The position numbers and the translations under genes were made by a program. Below are positions 34,001-46,574 of a stretch of 64,000 nt of DNA, piece after piece; position 1 is the first letter of the stretch, and the number at the start of each line of letters is the position of its first letter. Source of the DNA: Balanoglossus misakiensis (Eukaryota > Animalia > Hemichordata); contig CM082587.2 in assembly GCA_040954595.2 (NCBI GenBank), forward strand, positions 8,685,403-8,749,402, written 5' to 3'. The notes beneath the pieces were generated by a model. It saw only the letters and a list, made by a program, of their open reading frames with translations. It searched no databases and had not been told where the DNA came from.

Positions 34001-37000
34001 GAATAGCATCACAGGTGGCACCAATATGTTGTTGAAATGTGTGGCTCAGCAAGAGGATGATCTCACCGAAGTTTAGGAGAGCCATCACATTCGTTAAAAA
34101 TGCTGACCCAGCAGTTTTTTGTTCATTATCCACTAAATTCATGGTCATGTATTTCAAGCAAGTGCAGTGACCCCTATATATATTTTTTTTACAGATTTTT
34201 ATTATACTTACAAAGGAGAATGCAAAAATCAACAATTTAAAAAAAAAGACGTTACTTTCAGAAATAAATTTCTATGTATCAAATACAGTTTCTTGTTTTA
34301 ATCAATACATGCTAAAATACCCAGTATTCTACTTGTCATATAACATACACATGTAAAGGCCATTGTCATTGACAAATGAATTCTAGTCTGGATTTTAAAG
34401 TGAATTCACTATGCACAAAAACAATGCTGAATATGCTACATATATAAACTGAATATTGGACATTTCATCATGCTCCAGAGATTCTCAACAAGAAAGTGAA
34501 CAACACTTAATTATTGTAAACGACCAATAGAGCTTCAAGAAGGCTTATTTTATAATAGAGGTGACTGTCAATAAAAAACAACACTGATTGCATTGTTCAT
34601 TGAGTTTTTAAAAATTGATTTGCCTAAAGATAATTACAACAGTAACACCTAAGTGACTGGTGAAAAATGTTTTACTTCTGCCAGCCCATTCTCTGCAACA
34701 GTAATAGAATGGTCCCAAACTTTTCATTATATTCCCAAGCAATCTCACTTTTGTTGATGATGCTCATACCCTTCTAAGGAATAAAACAAAGACATAACAT
34801 CACACATTTATACTTTTAAATAATTTTAATGGCTTTCAAGAAAACATTTGTCGCAATATACAGAACAAACAACGTCAAAAATAAAGACTTATCAAAACTG
34901 TGGATATAAATAAACCAATATAGTGGTACCGGTACTCAACGATTCTATGGGTCGTCTCAATCTTCTTCCCTATAAACTCATATTCACTTTTAAAAGTAGC
35001 TTGTGAGGTTCATAACCTAATTTTAATCTCAAATTTCTTAGTCAATGTTTTACACCAAAGACCAGAAAAACGGCGTGAATTATATTTGTGTCACCAAATA
35101 CGTAGTACCAGAACTGTCTGTTTTGCATCTTAAAACGAAGGGCTTAGAAAAGTTTACATGAAAAAGTTTAAATTTCGCTCTGCACAACAACTACTGGTAG
35201 AACTTGTGTATATTGTTGATAAGAATGTGCCTCAGACTTTAAAAAGACAGATTAGATTTTTCACAATTACTGATCAAAGTTTTAAAGATTGTACGTTTTC
35301 TCATTAGTCCAGTTCATTTAAATTGTCATTATTAAAATTCTAAGAAAGTTAGAAAAATTCTTAGACAACACTTTTGAGAAAATGTGTTCAGTAATATTGT
35401 ATTAAAATTTGGCAGACATGCAAACTCAATTTTGACTTATTCTGTTTAGAAAAAAAAGAAATATATACATAGGACAAACTGAGAAAATTCTAAGTAAATA
35501 CAGGAAGTAGCAAAAGACCATGAAAAAAAGGAATATTTTGAATGTAAGTTATTTTTCGAAATCTAAATGAAATATTCACATGAACCTCACAAGCTAACTT
35601 GAACAATTATAACATAGTCCGACTGGACTGAAATCTAGACAGGAGCAAGCATTTGATGTTTTGCCAACCTTGAAGTCACTTCAAGATATGTTGAGAATGT
35701 GGCCATAGAAACAAATAGCTCTAATGTTAATTTGATACACTAGGTCAGGCGATGGATATATTTCATTTTTTATTTTCACCATTTGTGAAATTTAAACAAC
35801 AAATCTTTATCAGCTATTTACAGCTATAACAAAGCTTTGTTACCACTTAGCCAGATGTTCGTAACGTTTACTAGTATATACACTGTCCTTGTGCAAACTT
35901 TAACTGACAGGTATGACCTCAGCAGAAACAAACATTACAGCATGATGTATACTTGGTAGCTACAGTGGATTATATTGTAAAGCAAAGAATTATGCACTTG
36001 GAGGCATCATATACCTTTATTATTGGGTATGGTACCTAGCCTTCTGGTCCTAAGACTTATTCTAGTATCCCATAGAGGAGTATGATTGAGAAATTTTCAT
36101 CTCTGATTCTATTCTGTCATCAAGTACTTACACAAAGTCTGATTAATTTGCCATGGCTCCCTTGTATACTTAATTGACCTCTTCAGAGAATACAATTTTA
36201 CAGCTGGCAAAATCTTCAGCAAACAAGGCATCACATGGTTTAAAGATGACATTTTTCTACACACATCAAGTTCACACACAAGAAGTCACTCGAGTCAAGT
36301 TGGAGTACCGTAATGTCTTACAACAGACTGACAGATTTGCATTTCCTATTCTGGGTTTCAGTCAGAACTTTGATGAAATAAGCTAATCTTACAAACTCAA
36401 AATTACAGGGCTTCTTTTACACTGAACACTCAGGAATCTGTCAATTTTGCAGTAAAAAATGTCTGCTTCTAACATAGTTGGCACTGACATAACTTACAAA
36501 AGTTCAAGATTTTGAATAATTGATGATCAATTTACAAGAGACTAGCAGAGAAGTCAGAGAGCTAGAATGTGACCTCAATTAATGAGTTAGGCATACTTGT
36601 CAGCTTTAACCCTTTCACCACCATGGTTCAGTCCAAACCCATTGTTTCCTATGGTACAGTTGGACCTCTAACGAGGGAAGTGGGGGTGACAGGGTAGTAA
36701 AGCATGCGCGGAAAGGATGCTTTGAGTGTGACACATGACATAGTATAGATGACAGAAATGCAACAGCAGTCACGCTTGCCGAAAAATGGAAACAGTAGAA
36801 GACAGAGCATGAACTGTTATTTAGGTACACTGTAAGGAACAGTCATTTCAGGGTGCTCCATACCCCCACCTACAGTCGTTCTTTTGGGGTGGAGGTATAT
36901 GGAGCGCCCTCAAACAACTGTACCTTACAGTCCATCATTATTTAGGGAGCTTGACGAGGTACAATATCACTCCAACGGGCGACTCATACAATGCAGGAGC

Positions 37001-38002
37001 CCCCCAGAGCAACTTAGTTGAAGGTGTCACTTTGTGAGGAATCCTTTGCTTGGCTACAGCAGAAATGATAGGATCCACAGGTTAGCGAGGTGCAATATAT
37101 CTTAGGCCTCATCAATAATCAGAGATGTGTACAGATCGAAAAATAAACAGGCTTATGTTACAAAAAATCTTACAATACTTCTACTGGATATTTGAGTTCA
37201 TATTATTTTGAGACAACTACATTGAAATTTGGTAAATTTTCGTTCTTTTTTTTTGCCAATCTCTGGAACAACGCGACAAGTAATAATGAAATACTACGTT
37301 AAACGTTACTTTGTTGTACAAAAATAGACTCAATAGCAATGACAAATTGAGTATTGGATTTTAAAGACACACAAAACAAGATATCAAACTGTAACACTCT
37401 TGAAGACGTCTACAATTCATTTGAAATTAATGTGTAAAGAGTACAAGACACAAGGCTTTTATACAAAATGATAGGAATGACATTTATAACTGGTTTAATA
37501 CTAAAATAGGTACTGATATCCAGTTATTTCAATCCTTCCTTGGAGCAGATAAAAGTTCATATTTTCAATCAACATTTTCTTGTTTCAGCATTTTTTTTCA
37601 CTGTTCTAAAAACACTTCTGTAAGTAGAAAGTAATAAAATAAACCAGCTGTTGTTTTTCTTAATAAAATAGTCAATTCAAACAGCACATTTTTTTGGATT
37701 GTTTTAAATAAGTGTCCATAACAATACAGTTACCACATAATTTCTGCTTGTATTACTAGAAGTGCTACAGTGGGTACAGGACTAGATACCAATCCTCTCC
37801 CGACTACAATCCACTATTTTCAAATCCATTCATCTGTACAACTGCTCTCCACTTTCAAAGAGCAATATCGATCTGTACATACAAATTTTTACAGAATTCA
37901 GAAACCAACCATCCACTGGACAGCATAATGGTCTGATTTTCACTTTTTTTGTGTTCAACACAATTTGAGAATCGCAAACTCTACCGACATTATTCTGCAA
38001 GT

Positions 38003-41000
38003 TTAGTCTGATTTGTGGCAGTAGAGATCTTTCAATGCTTTCAACTCTTCAATCAGGGCTTTGTTTTGGTTTTCCAGAACTGCAACTCTGTTTTCAAGGC
38101 ATTTAACGTATTCTTTCTTCTTCCGCCTACACTCCCTTGCAGCCTCTCTGTCGAGAAGAAAATAAGAAGATGCATCTCATTAAAAATGAAATTCTTCTTC
38201 TAGAATTATGAGGGCGCTAGACTTATGAAAAGGGTGTATTTCGGCAAAACAACTTTTTCTGGACTTCTATGTTGTTGCAAAAGTAACAGAAACATTGTCA
38301 TCCCCTGCACTATGATGCCCTCTCCATGAAACACAGCTAAACATCTCCTCTACTGGCATCTCCACAGCTCTGACAGACTATGGATGTATATTTGGTGAGG
38401 AGGTGGGCTGTATTAAAAACAAACTTGCCTGTTTTTCATTAACCTCAACTCCCTTTTTCTTGATGCTTCTTCTGCGAGTTGTTGTTGTGATTGTAAGTTG
38501 CTAGGTGCTGCCATGACAACACCTTGGGGTAGAGTGGTTGATGCTCGGATTTGATATGCTTGCATGTCACCTGCAAGAACAATTTCATATCAGTATTCTA
38601 GAGAATGACAAAAATGCACATCACAAAAACGCATCACAACAAGTCATTGTCTTAGACACATGGTTTGAATGAGATCTGTAACGATTTTAGAGATGAATAT
38701 TGCAATCATAAAAAAAGTCACCTGGATTGTAGCAAGAAATAAATTGATGTGCATGCATTGCGTGTACATTGTAGTACATGTCCTTATGCCAAATTGGAAT
38801 GAAATCAGTCGTCCCAGACAATGGACATGTCTGAGTAATGGCTGGGGATGCAGTCAGGACCCAATCCATGTGTTTCTCCTGGCACTTGTCCATGAAGACT
38901 TGCGAGTACTCAGACATATAAATTTCAGGTCCTACTAGACACTCATACATGTACATTACTGACAAGGTTGTTTTGCCCAGTGATGGTGAGTGGAGATGAT
39001 CTACTTACCAGTGCCTGTGGGTACGAAAAATTGTTGACTGCCATCTTGTGATTGACTGTAGTGTACAATAGTGCCTTGGGTAGCTGCACTAGCATTTGTC
39101 ATAGTTAATGTCTGCAAACCAGCTGGTTGGATTCCATCATTCAGCTGAATGGTCTGAGCACCTGAAACAGCTTTTTAAAAGGAAAAAGGCATTTGATTAA
39201 CTTACATGTATGTCTTAGTCTTTCTGACCTCCAGCAAATAGTTCTTATTCTCTCTCCAGGGGGCTCGCTGTTTGTTCCAAAAACTAGACTCATTTATTCC
39301 CCACTGTCACAAATCCAAGTGATGTTTGATAGTGAAATCTACAAAAGCTTACCATTTGTCGTTTGAAATGCTTGCATTGTGGCAGTGTTAGCAATGGATG
39401 TAATATTGCTAGCTGCCTCATTGTCTTCTTGGCTTGATGTTTCTTCGTCAATTTTTGGAACTCCTGGTGCATCAGAGGATAAGTCATTCAGAATTTTTCG
39501 ATATGATGGCCGCCTAGACAAAATATCTCTCCTTTTTCTTGTATCTGATTCACTTTCAACTCCAACTGAAGCATTCTCTTCTCCTGTGTCTGGAACCGTT
39601 GCTACCTAAAAGAGAAAAGTAACATCACATTAAAGGTATCATCTTTGAAATGCTAACTATTACATATTATGACCAAACATCAGAAAAAAAATCCACTGTA
39701 ATTGTTGTGGTCCTTATTGGTGATTGGAAGTTAGTACAGTCTAAATTGGTTTCAACATGAAACACTTGAAAAGATCGTACATGTATACTTACACATCCCA
39801 ATACATTTTCTGTCCACAAAACATATTTTACCATGAAGAAATTCTACTAACCAACCTCACAAATGAACAAACTTGCATTCTCTCAAGGCTGAAGGTTCAT
39901 TTGCTCAACAAAATATCCGTAAATACATCGAGAATGACATTCCAAATTATCTTACAGTACTTTAATCGCAGCCACAAGCAAAGATAGAAACGAATGGATT
40001 TTGTTATTATTTCTATGATTAATTGATTTGGACAGGCTGCATGCCCGTTTCACTGAAATCAGCTAGACTGTACATTCTTGGTAGAAGTCATACCCAAATG
40101 CATCACATGCGAACATACAAATAAACCTATTCTGTCTGTCTATGTTATGAAGTTTGAAATGACCATTCTCTGAAGAAATGTCATTGACAATGTTGTTGTT
40201 TATCAGGGAGGAATTATGACAAGGATACTGGATAGAGATGGGGGTACACAGCAGGCTGTCCATACTGAACTGTTCTCCTAGCAAGATAGGGGGTATGACT
40301 ATCCAACTACTTACATGTACTTGAACAGTCTGTATGGGTGCTGTTTGGATTACTGAGGGTTGATTGGCTTGTATCACTGACTGAACTTGCACTGGTTGAT
40401 TTGGTATGGCTGTAACAACCATAGTAGCTGCTTGTGTTGTAGTCTACGTATGAAGAAAAACTGAGGTTATATCTTGCACGTGACACAGTTTTTGAGACAC
40501 GAGAAACAAACCACAACAAAAACGTGCAACATACCAGCACAGCTGAACTGAACCTCACTACTATAAATTACCTTTAATTCTCTTTGATTTGTATCAGTGA
40601 AGGTTGCCTTTCTACTAATAATTTCTCTTCTACAGTATGAAACATCTCAATAAACATTTAATGATATCCATTAAAAGTACATAGAGGTTTATTTTCAATC
40701 AAAATTTTAAAAATATCATTAATTAACCCAAAATGCCACGGTCTGCATGTAATTATGACCAACTGAAGTGGTCAATCTTTCGCGTTAGTTAACATGTAAA
40801 TTATCCCATAATCCTACTTATATTATCCACACGTCTGCAATGGTTAATCCATGTTTTCATTGTTTGGTATCGTTAAATTACACTGACCCTTTGTACCAGT
40901 ATTGTATATAACAATCGTACGTTCTCATGCTATGGACAATAGGTGGCAGTGTTGCCAAAAGAAATGCAATGAATCTCTTCACTGCATGTACTCGACATCC

Positions 41001-41510
41001 TGCAACACACATGGATAGCTCTCCTAAAATACCATTTTTATCAGGGGTTTTTTCCCGTAATACACCCATTGGTGAATCTGGTGACCGGAAGTGTGGTATA
41101 TGTTGTATCGTGTGTTTGCAAACCCACACAAAGTGGTTAAAACAGTATTTCTTGGATGTGCATTTCAATAGTTTCAATGTCTTTTAATTGTCACAAAATT
41201 AAATAAACCAAGAGCCGGACTTCAGCAGCAAAATTTTTTAATACCTCCCTCTTGCTATATATAAACACCATGTCTGCAAGATTCGCAATGGGTGTAGAAG
41301 CCATTGTCATCAGTTTTCTGCAATTTTTAAGCAATGGCAGCCATTTTACTGCTCTAAAATGCAGGGAAGAACACAGTTTATACTTTTTTACATCCTCTAC
41401 GTCTCAGAAGTAATAGAGATTGTACTCACCGGTTGCTGAGACTGTTCAACATCAGCATTGCTTGTGGAATTGCCAGTCTGATTCGCCGTTTCTTCCACCA
41501 TACTGTCCAT
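38003..41510 (-). CDS. CREB1: cAMP-response element binding protein (CREB1/CREM/ATF1 orthologue)
   Basis: Exons 41510-41430, 40443-40315, 39605-39353, 39161-39009, 38570-38429, 38147-38003. KID domain RRDILSRRPSYRKILNDLSSDAPGVPKI (Ser133-equivalent), Q-rich segments, and bZIP RKRELRLMKNREAARECRRKKKEYVKCLENRVAVLENQNKALIEELKALKDLYCHKSD*. Confidence 0.95.
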
Positions 41511-43765
41511 AATATGAGTGACCAATTCCTGAAAGAAATCAACTCAATGATAAGTCCTTCCTCCACACAAAAAAGCTTGTATGTATCAAGCAGAGTTCAA
41601 CGGTAAGATAGGAAACTCTGCTTTGATAATATTCAAATCACCACTCAATTGTAGATAGAAACATTTCAAACGGTTGTTTTCCATACATTCATGCTGTAAT
41701 CTCCTTGAGAACTAAATCATCAAGACTTTTGGAAACTTTGACAGTAGCAATCTGAAGAAATACAATGTTGGAAACATTGCAGCCATTGGACCCGCTGATG
41801 GAATTATTTGAATAAACAGGTCATGTCTGTCTGTTAGGTTTTGAACAATTGCAAGACATTTCCACACTGACATCTTTATGCATAACCACAACACTTGGTT
41901 GACAATAAATTCAGGTATATCTGCCATACTTTCTACTTTAACAAAAACCACACACAGAATTTAATATGGTATGATTCAGTTAAATCTCTTTTATTTTATA
42001 ATCACAGCCAATCATTATGTTTTTTATTAATTTTTTCACAAGAGGATTCTTTGTAACTGTGCTGAAGGTAGACTGTATGAAAGTGCATGCAATAATTTTT
42101 ATAAGAGAAATTCTATTGTGTTACTCAAAAATCACTCCCACATTTTTTTTACTTTTATAATTTCAATGTAAAGTACATTGTACATACAACTGTAGGGTCT
42201 AATGGTTGTTACTGCCCCATACAAATGCACAAATTTCCTAAATTTGATTGATCCCAAAAGTCATATGCAAATTTTGTTACATACAATGTCAAATGACCTG
42301 GAGGAAATCATAGGACCTACATTAACTGTGGACATGTAATAGCTAGCCTGGTATCCATATATGAATTGATACCCAGTGTGTTTTAGATCGACTCACACAC
42401 TAGGGCTTGGACACGCAGTCAAATCTCTTGGATTTTGAAGATCTGCAGGTCAATAGAACTCAAAATGCGATGTCACGGCAACGAGGTCACCACATGGTCT
42501 TGACCCTGACATCGTTCGAGTCAATCACCATACGCGACACACTACTGATTGGCCGGAGCAATGACTCGACCGTTGCTAATAGTTGGAAGATAATTAACAT
42601 TAATTAGCAACATTGTTCCATGGTAACGGTAATGGCCACATACTAGTATTCTGAGGTCAAGTTCCAACCACTTTTGACCATGAACTATTAAAGGTACACA
42701 GTCACATCCAATTTACATATATCCATAAATGGCAAAAATCAGGTATCTGAATGTTCTCAAGAACTCCATATGGTGGCACTTTTTTTTCACATGAGCCACC
42801 AACTGAAAATCTGTGATTGGCTAGATCTCAGTTTGCCAAGATAACTGTAGCTAAATTTCTATAGGTGACCGTATAGTTTAATACTACACAGGGCAGGGTG
42901 AATTTATATACTGAAAAAAATGTACAAAAATAACTTAGCAAACACACTACATGTATAACTTATAAGCTATTCACATATATATGAGAACCCCTACATGCCC
43001 TAGTTCCAACCCTTCCATCAGAAGCGCAGGGGCTTTTGGTTTTTATGCTTCACAATTACAAGCTGACAAGTAAAAATTTAATTTTAGAGAATGTCAGTTT
43101 TGAATATCGTGTGGCTGTTCGTGAAATTTACTGTTGCAGCGTTGATCAATGCAGATTGACCCAAATCTTTCAAATCCGGAACCACATTCAATTTGTGTTT
43201 GGTCCATCCAATCTGCTTTCTGTTCATAAGCTGAAGCGATCCACATTTATTTTGGAATCACCCTGTTGTGATGAAGTCATCCCTAATAATCATGAATATT
43301 CATTTATGTTCAGCTAAATCTCCACTCCCCTAGTCTCGAAGTGCAACATGTAGACTTCGGGAAAGCCATACTGTGCACGGCGCATTCTGCATCGAATGCG
43401 AAGCCCTAGTCGAGCTTGTGTGGCTTCTCCGAAAGCTTTGAGCGTTAGACAGTTGATTAAGATACTTGTGATTGCCCTGCCAAACATGCAGCGAGAGGAG
43501 ATGAGATGATCTTGTCACATCTAAACACGACCTCCCCTCTCGAAATCGGCCTGTTGGTCACAAAATGACCGCAGAAATAAACGGCGCGGTTTAAATCAGC
43601 CTCGCAATATTCCACCGTATGAAATTCCCATTTACGGCGGGTGGCGGATATAATGGTTCGTATTTGTACGGGAACGGCCGGGAAGTTGCTCAAAATTCTG
43701 CACTGGGACGATGTATGTTTAGGGAAGCGTGCTTTACTGTTGTGATTTCTCAGCTGAGTACTTAC

Positions 43766-44140
43766 CAGTTACGTATTTTCTCGTCACAGCGATGAAGAAA
43801 GCGGAGTGGATCAACGTAGCGCCACGTCAGAAATACACCACAGCGTCATCAAAGGCAAACAACAAGACCTGATTACCACAATGGACAATAATTATTCATC
43901 CGCGGTCTCGCTCGTAACTCGCATATGGCGTGAATTACTCGCTACAAAAGATACCACACAATTTGATTGTAAAGTCATTGGTCAAATTATCATTATTAAC
44001 ACAGCGTGGTTGTAATTTCTAAGCTATATAACCACATTTGACCGTGATGACATCATTGCAATGACGTCATCAATATCGAGGCTGTTATATGTACATGAGG
44101 TACGGAACTACTTCTATCATCGGACGCCATGACGCAATGT
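43766..44140 (-). promoter_or_regulatory. Probable CREB promoter and non-coding first exon with a CRE cluster
   Basis: Minus-strand donor CTG|GTAAGT at ~43765 in locally CpG-rich sequence. Perfect TGACGTCA at 44062-44069, TGACATCA at 44048-44055, TGACGCAA at 44130-44137, and CGTCA half-sites at 43825 and 43844. Confidence 0.6.
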
Positions 44141-46574
44141 CCATCTTGTTCTCCGAAAACACGAAATGTGTCTCTTTTAATAGAAATATAAAGGATGTTT
44201 TGTAGAGGTCATGACAATATGTAAAATGGTGTGCTTATTTAAAATACTGTGGTCTAGATGTGATTTTGCTCTCATATCCTGATAACTATTTTCTTTGGGG
44301 CGGCATGATCTAAAATATCCATCGCCAGTCGCAAGCGTGATGCGCCGTTCCAAGCACAATAATTCGTCGATTCCACACTTCACTGAAGTGGAGGGGTGGC
44401 CATATGTATTCCTCATGTAGAGTACAGTAAATATACTGGCTTTGTTTTGGTTAAAACGTGGAATGCCTGGAAACACATGTTAATATATTTTGTCCAATTT
44501 AACTAAAACGAAGTACTAAAAGGGTATACATCTTATTGAAGACGCCCTAGCATCGATCTGGAGCGTCGGTGACATGCCTATCAGAAGGATTTTGTGAGCC
44601 GCACAAATTTGTCGAACATTATAAAATTGTGAACCTCGCTTTATGATAATTTCTTTTCGAATATTTTTCCCTGATTGTGTACAGTTTCACTTACATTTTT
44701 TGTTCATTTTTAATGTCGACTCGCCCACCACAGTCCCTCCAACCACGACGTACTGTGGCTCCGCGCGAGCATCCGCAGGATTTTATCAAAATTATTTATA
44801 AATCATTCAAATGATACTGCATTCTTAGGTTTAAGGCTACTCATCTCGCTCTTAAAACTATATAGGAAAACTTACGGGTCAATGATTTACATAATGCGGT
44901 GTTATAACCCTAGTATGGGCCTATACAACGTGCTGGTATTGCAGGTTTACATATTATTTGTTATGGCATGTAGGCCTATTCCAAATATTATAGGCCTATA
45001 TATTTATGTCAGCATTTCTGCAGATGTACGATCGTCCCTAGACTAGCCAATTAGTCGCTTGGTGATTTTTTTTGTTTTAATAAAGATCCTCAATACTTTT
45101 GCGCGAGTTTCTGGTACTGAGCTGAGTTTCGAATGCGGTGGTTTCAGTGACCAAGTCAACGCGACCCCATTAGGCCTACTTACACTCTGCGTTTATAATA
45201 CTCCCACAAACGCTACAGACCCATAACAAAACTGTCTGAAATGTATTTATTATGAAATACATGTAATGAAGCCTATAGATCGTTCCTACTGAGAACCTTT
45301 GCAAACGGATGTTGTTTACACTGAGGGTTGTGAGAGGGAAAACTATTTGGACTGCTTCGGAAAGCTCTTGCAACAAGACATCCTTTATCCTTCAAGATTT
45401 CACATAAAATCATCACCATATTAAATTAGAAATATTTATGGCAAAGATAGAGAAGTTCTTTTCATCCAAACTTTGTAGCCCCCCCCCCCCCCCCCCTTAT
45501 AAGTAACGGATTGAAGTGAAATTATGTACGTATACTTCAGTTTGGGTGACAAACTGGCGGGACAAACTGCCACAGTTTGTGAAGCTAAGACGAGTTTCCT
45601 GGAAGAATAGGTGTCGAGAAAATGACAACGAGATTTTGCGTTTGAATGGACTTCAGTTTGGTTGAGATGACCAGCGCGTCTTGTTCATGAGTATTAAAGC
45701 CCCGACTGGCAAGAATGTTTGCTTGTGGCATGGGCTGATGAGATTGGTTCATTTCCTGCTCACTTGTACGAGGTTTGATAAAGACCAGAAATATGTAAAT
45801 TGTCATAAAACTCCACTGTCTTTCGATGCAACTAGTCTCTATATTCATCTACAATACATATACGAACGCATATCTTGTAGATTAGATTTCCTAAACTATC
45901 TTGTAATCAACTTGATAAATGTAGAGGAAATAATTAAGACATTTCTCCTGTTGATACTATGAGTGTACATATACACCTATATACAGTTGGATGTTTCTCC
46001 CCATTTAACCAAACTCCATGTACCAGTCTTGCTTTACACCCTTTGATAATCCTATCACGGTTCTTTCCTATGCTCTTGATCCACGCTGATAAAAAACATA
46101 TTCTTCGCGGATGGTGCGCTACAGTTTTTCTTAGGCGTCTACGAAAGAAATGGGTAACTTTCGTTGAAGGCGGGTAGGTCGACTGCACATGCCGGTTCAT
46201 AGATTCGTTATCGGGGTTCAAAGGCCGCCTCGACCCTTTGTTGCCGGTTGGTGCACCGGTGTTGGTGTTTGTCATTTCAAGGAAATGGCACAAACATGAT
46301 TCTCCAGAAATTGTTTCATAATTTCAAACAAAATGAACAAATAATCATGATTTAGAGAAAGAAAATTTAGTAAAACTTCGCGGAACGGAAAATAACGTAA
46401 TTGCCTAATTTACGTATTCTTCTGCGCAGTAAGCTAGATCGATTAATTGCATTGTCTTGTTTTACAAAGAGAATTTTAAGCCATTGTTGCAAGCTTCAAA
46501 CAGTCAGCTATTCTCGAAAAGATTACGTTGACGTAACATCCTGAACTAAACGTTAATCATAGTAACTGTAGATC

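Noticed and set aside
45934-46293. 119-aa minus-strand ORF upstream of the patatin gene
   Set aside because: No recognisable motif or splice context; likely a chance ORF in promoter or repeat DNA.
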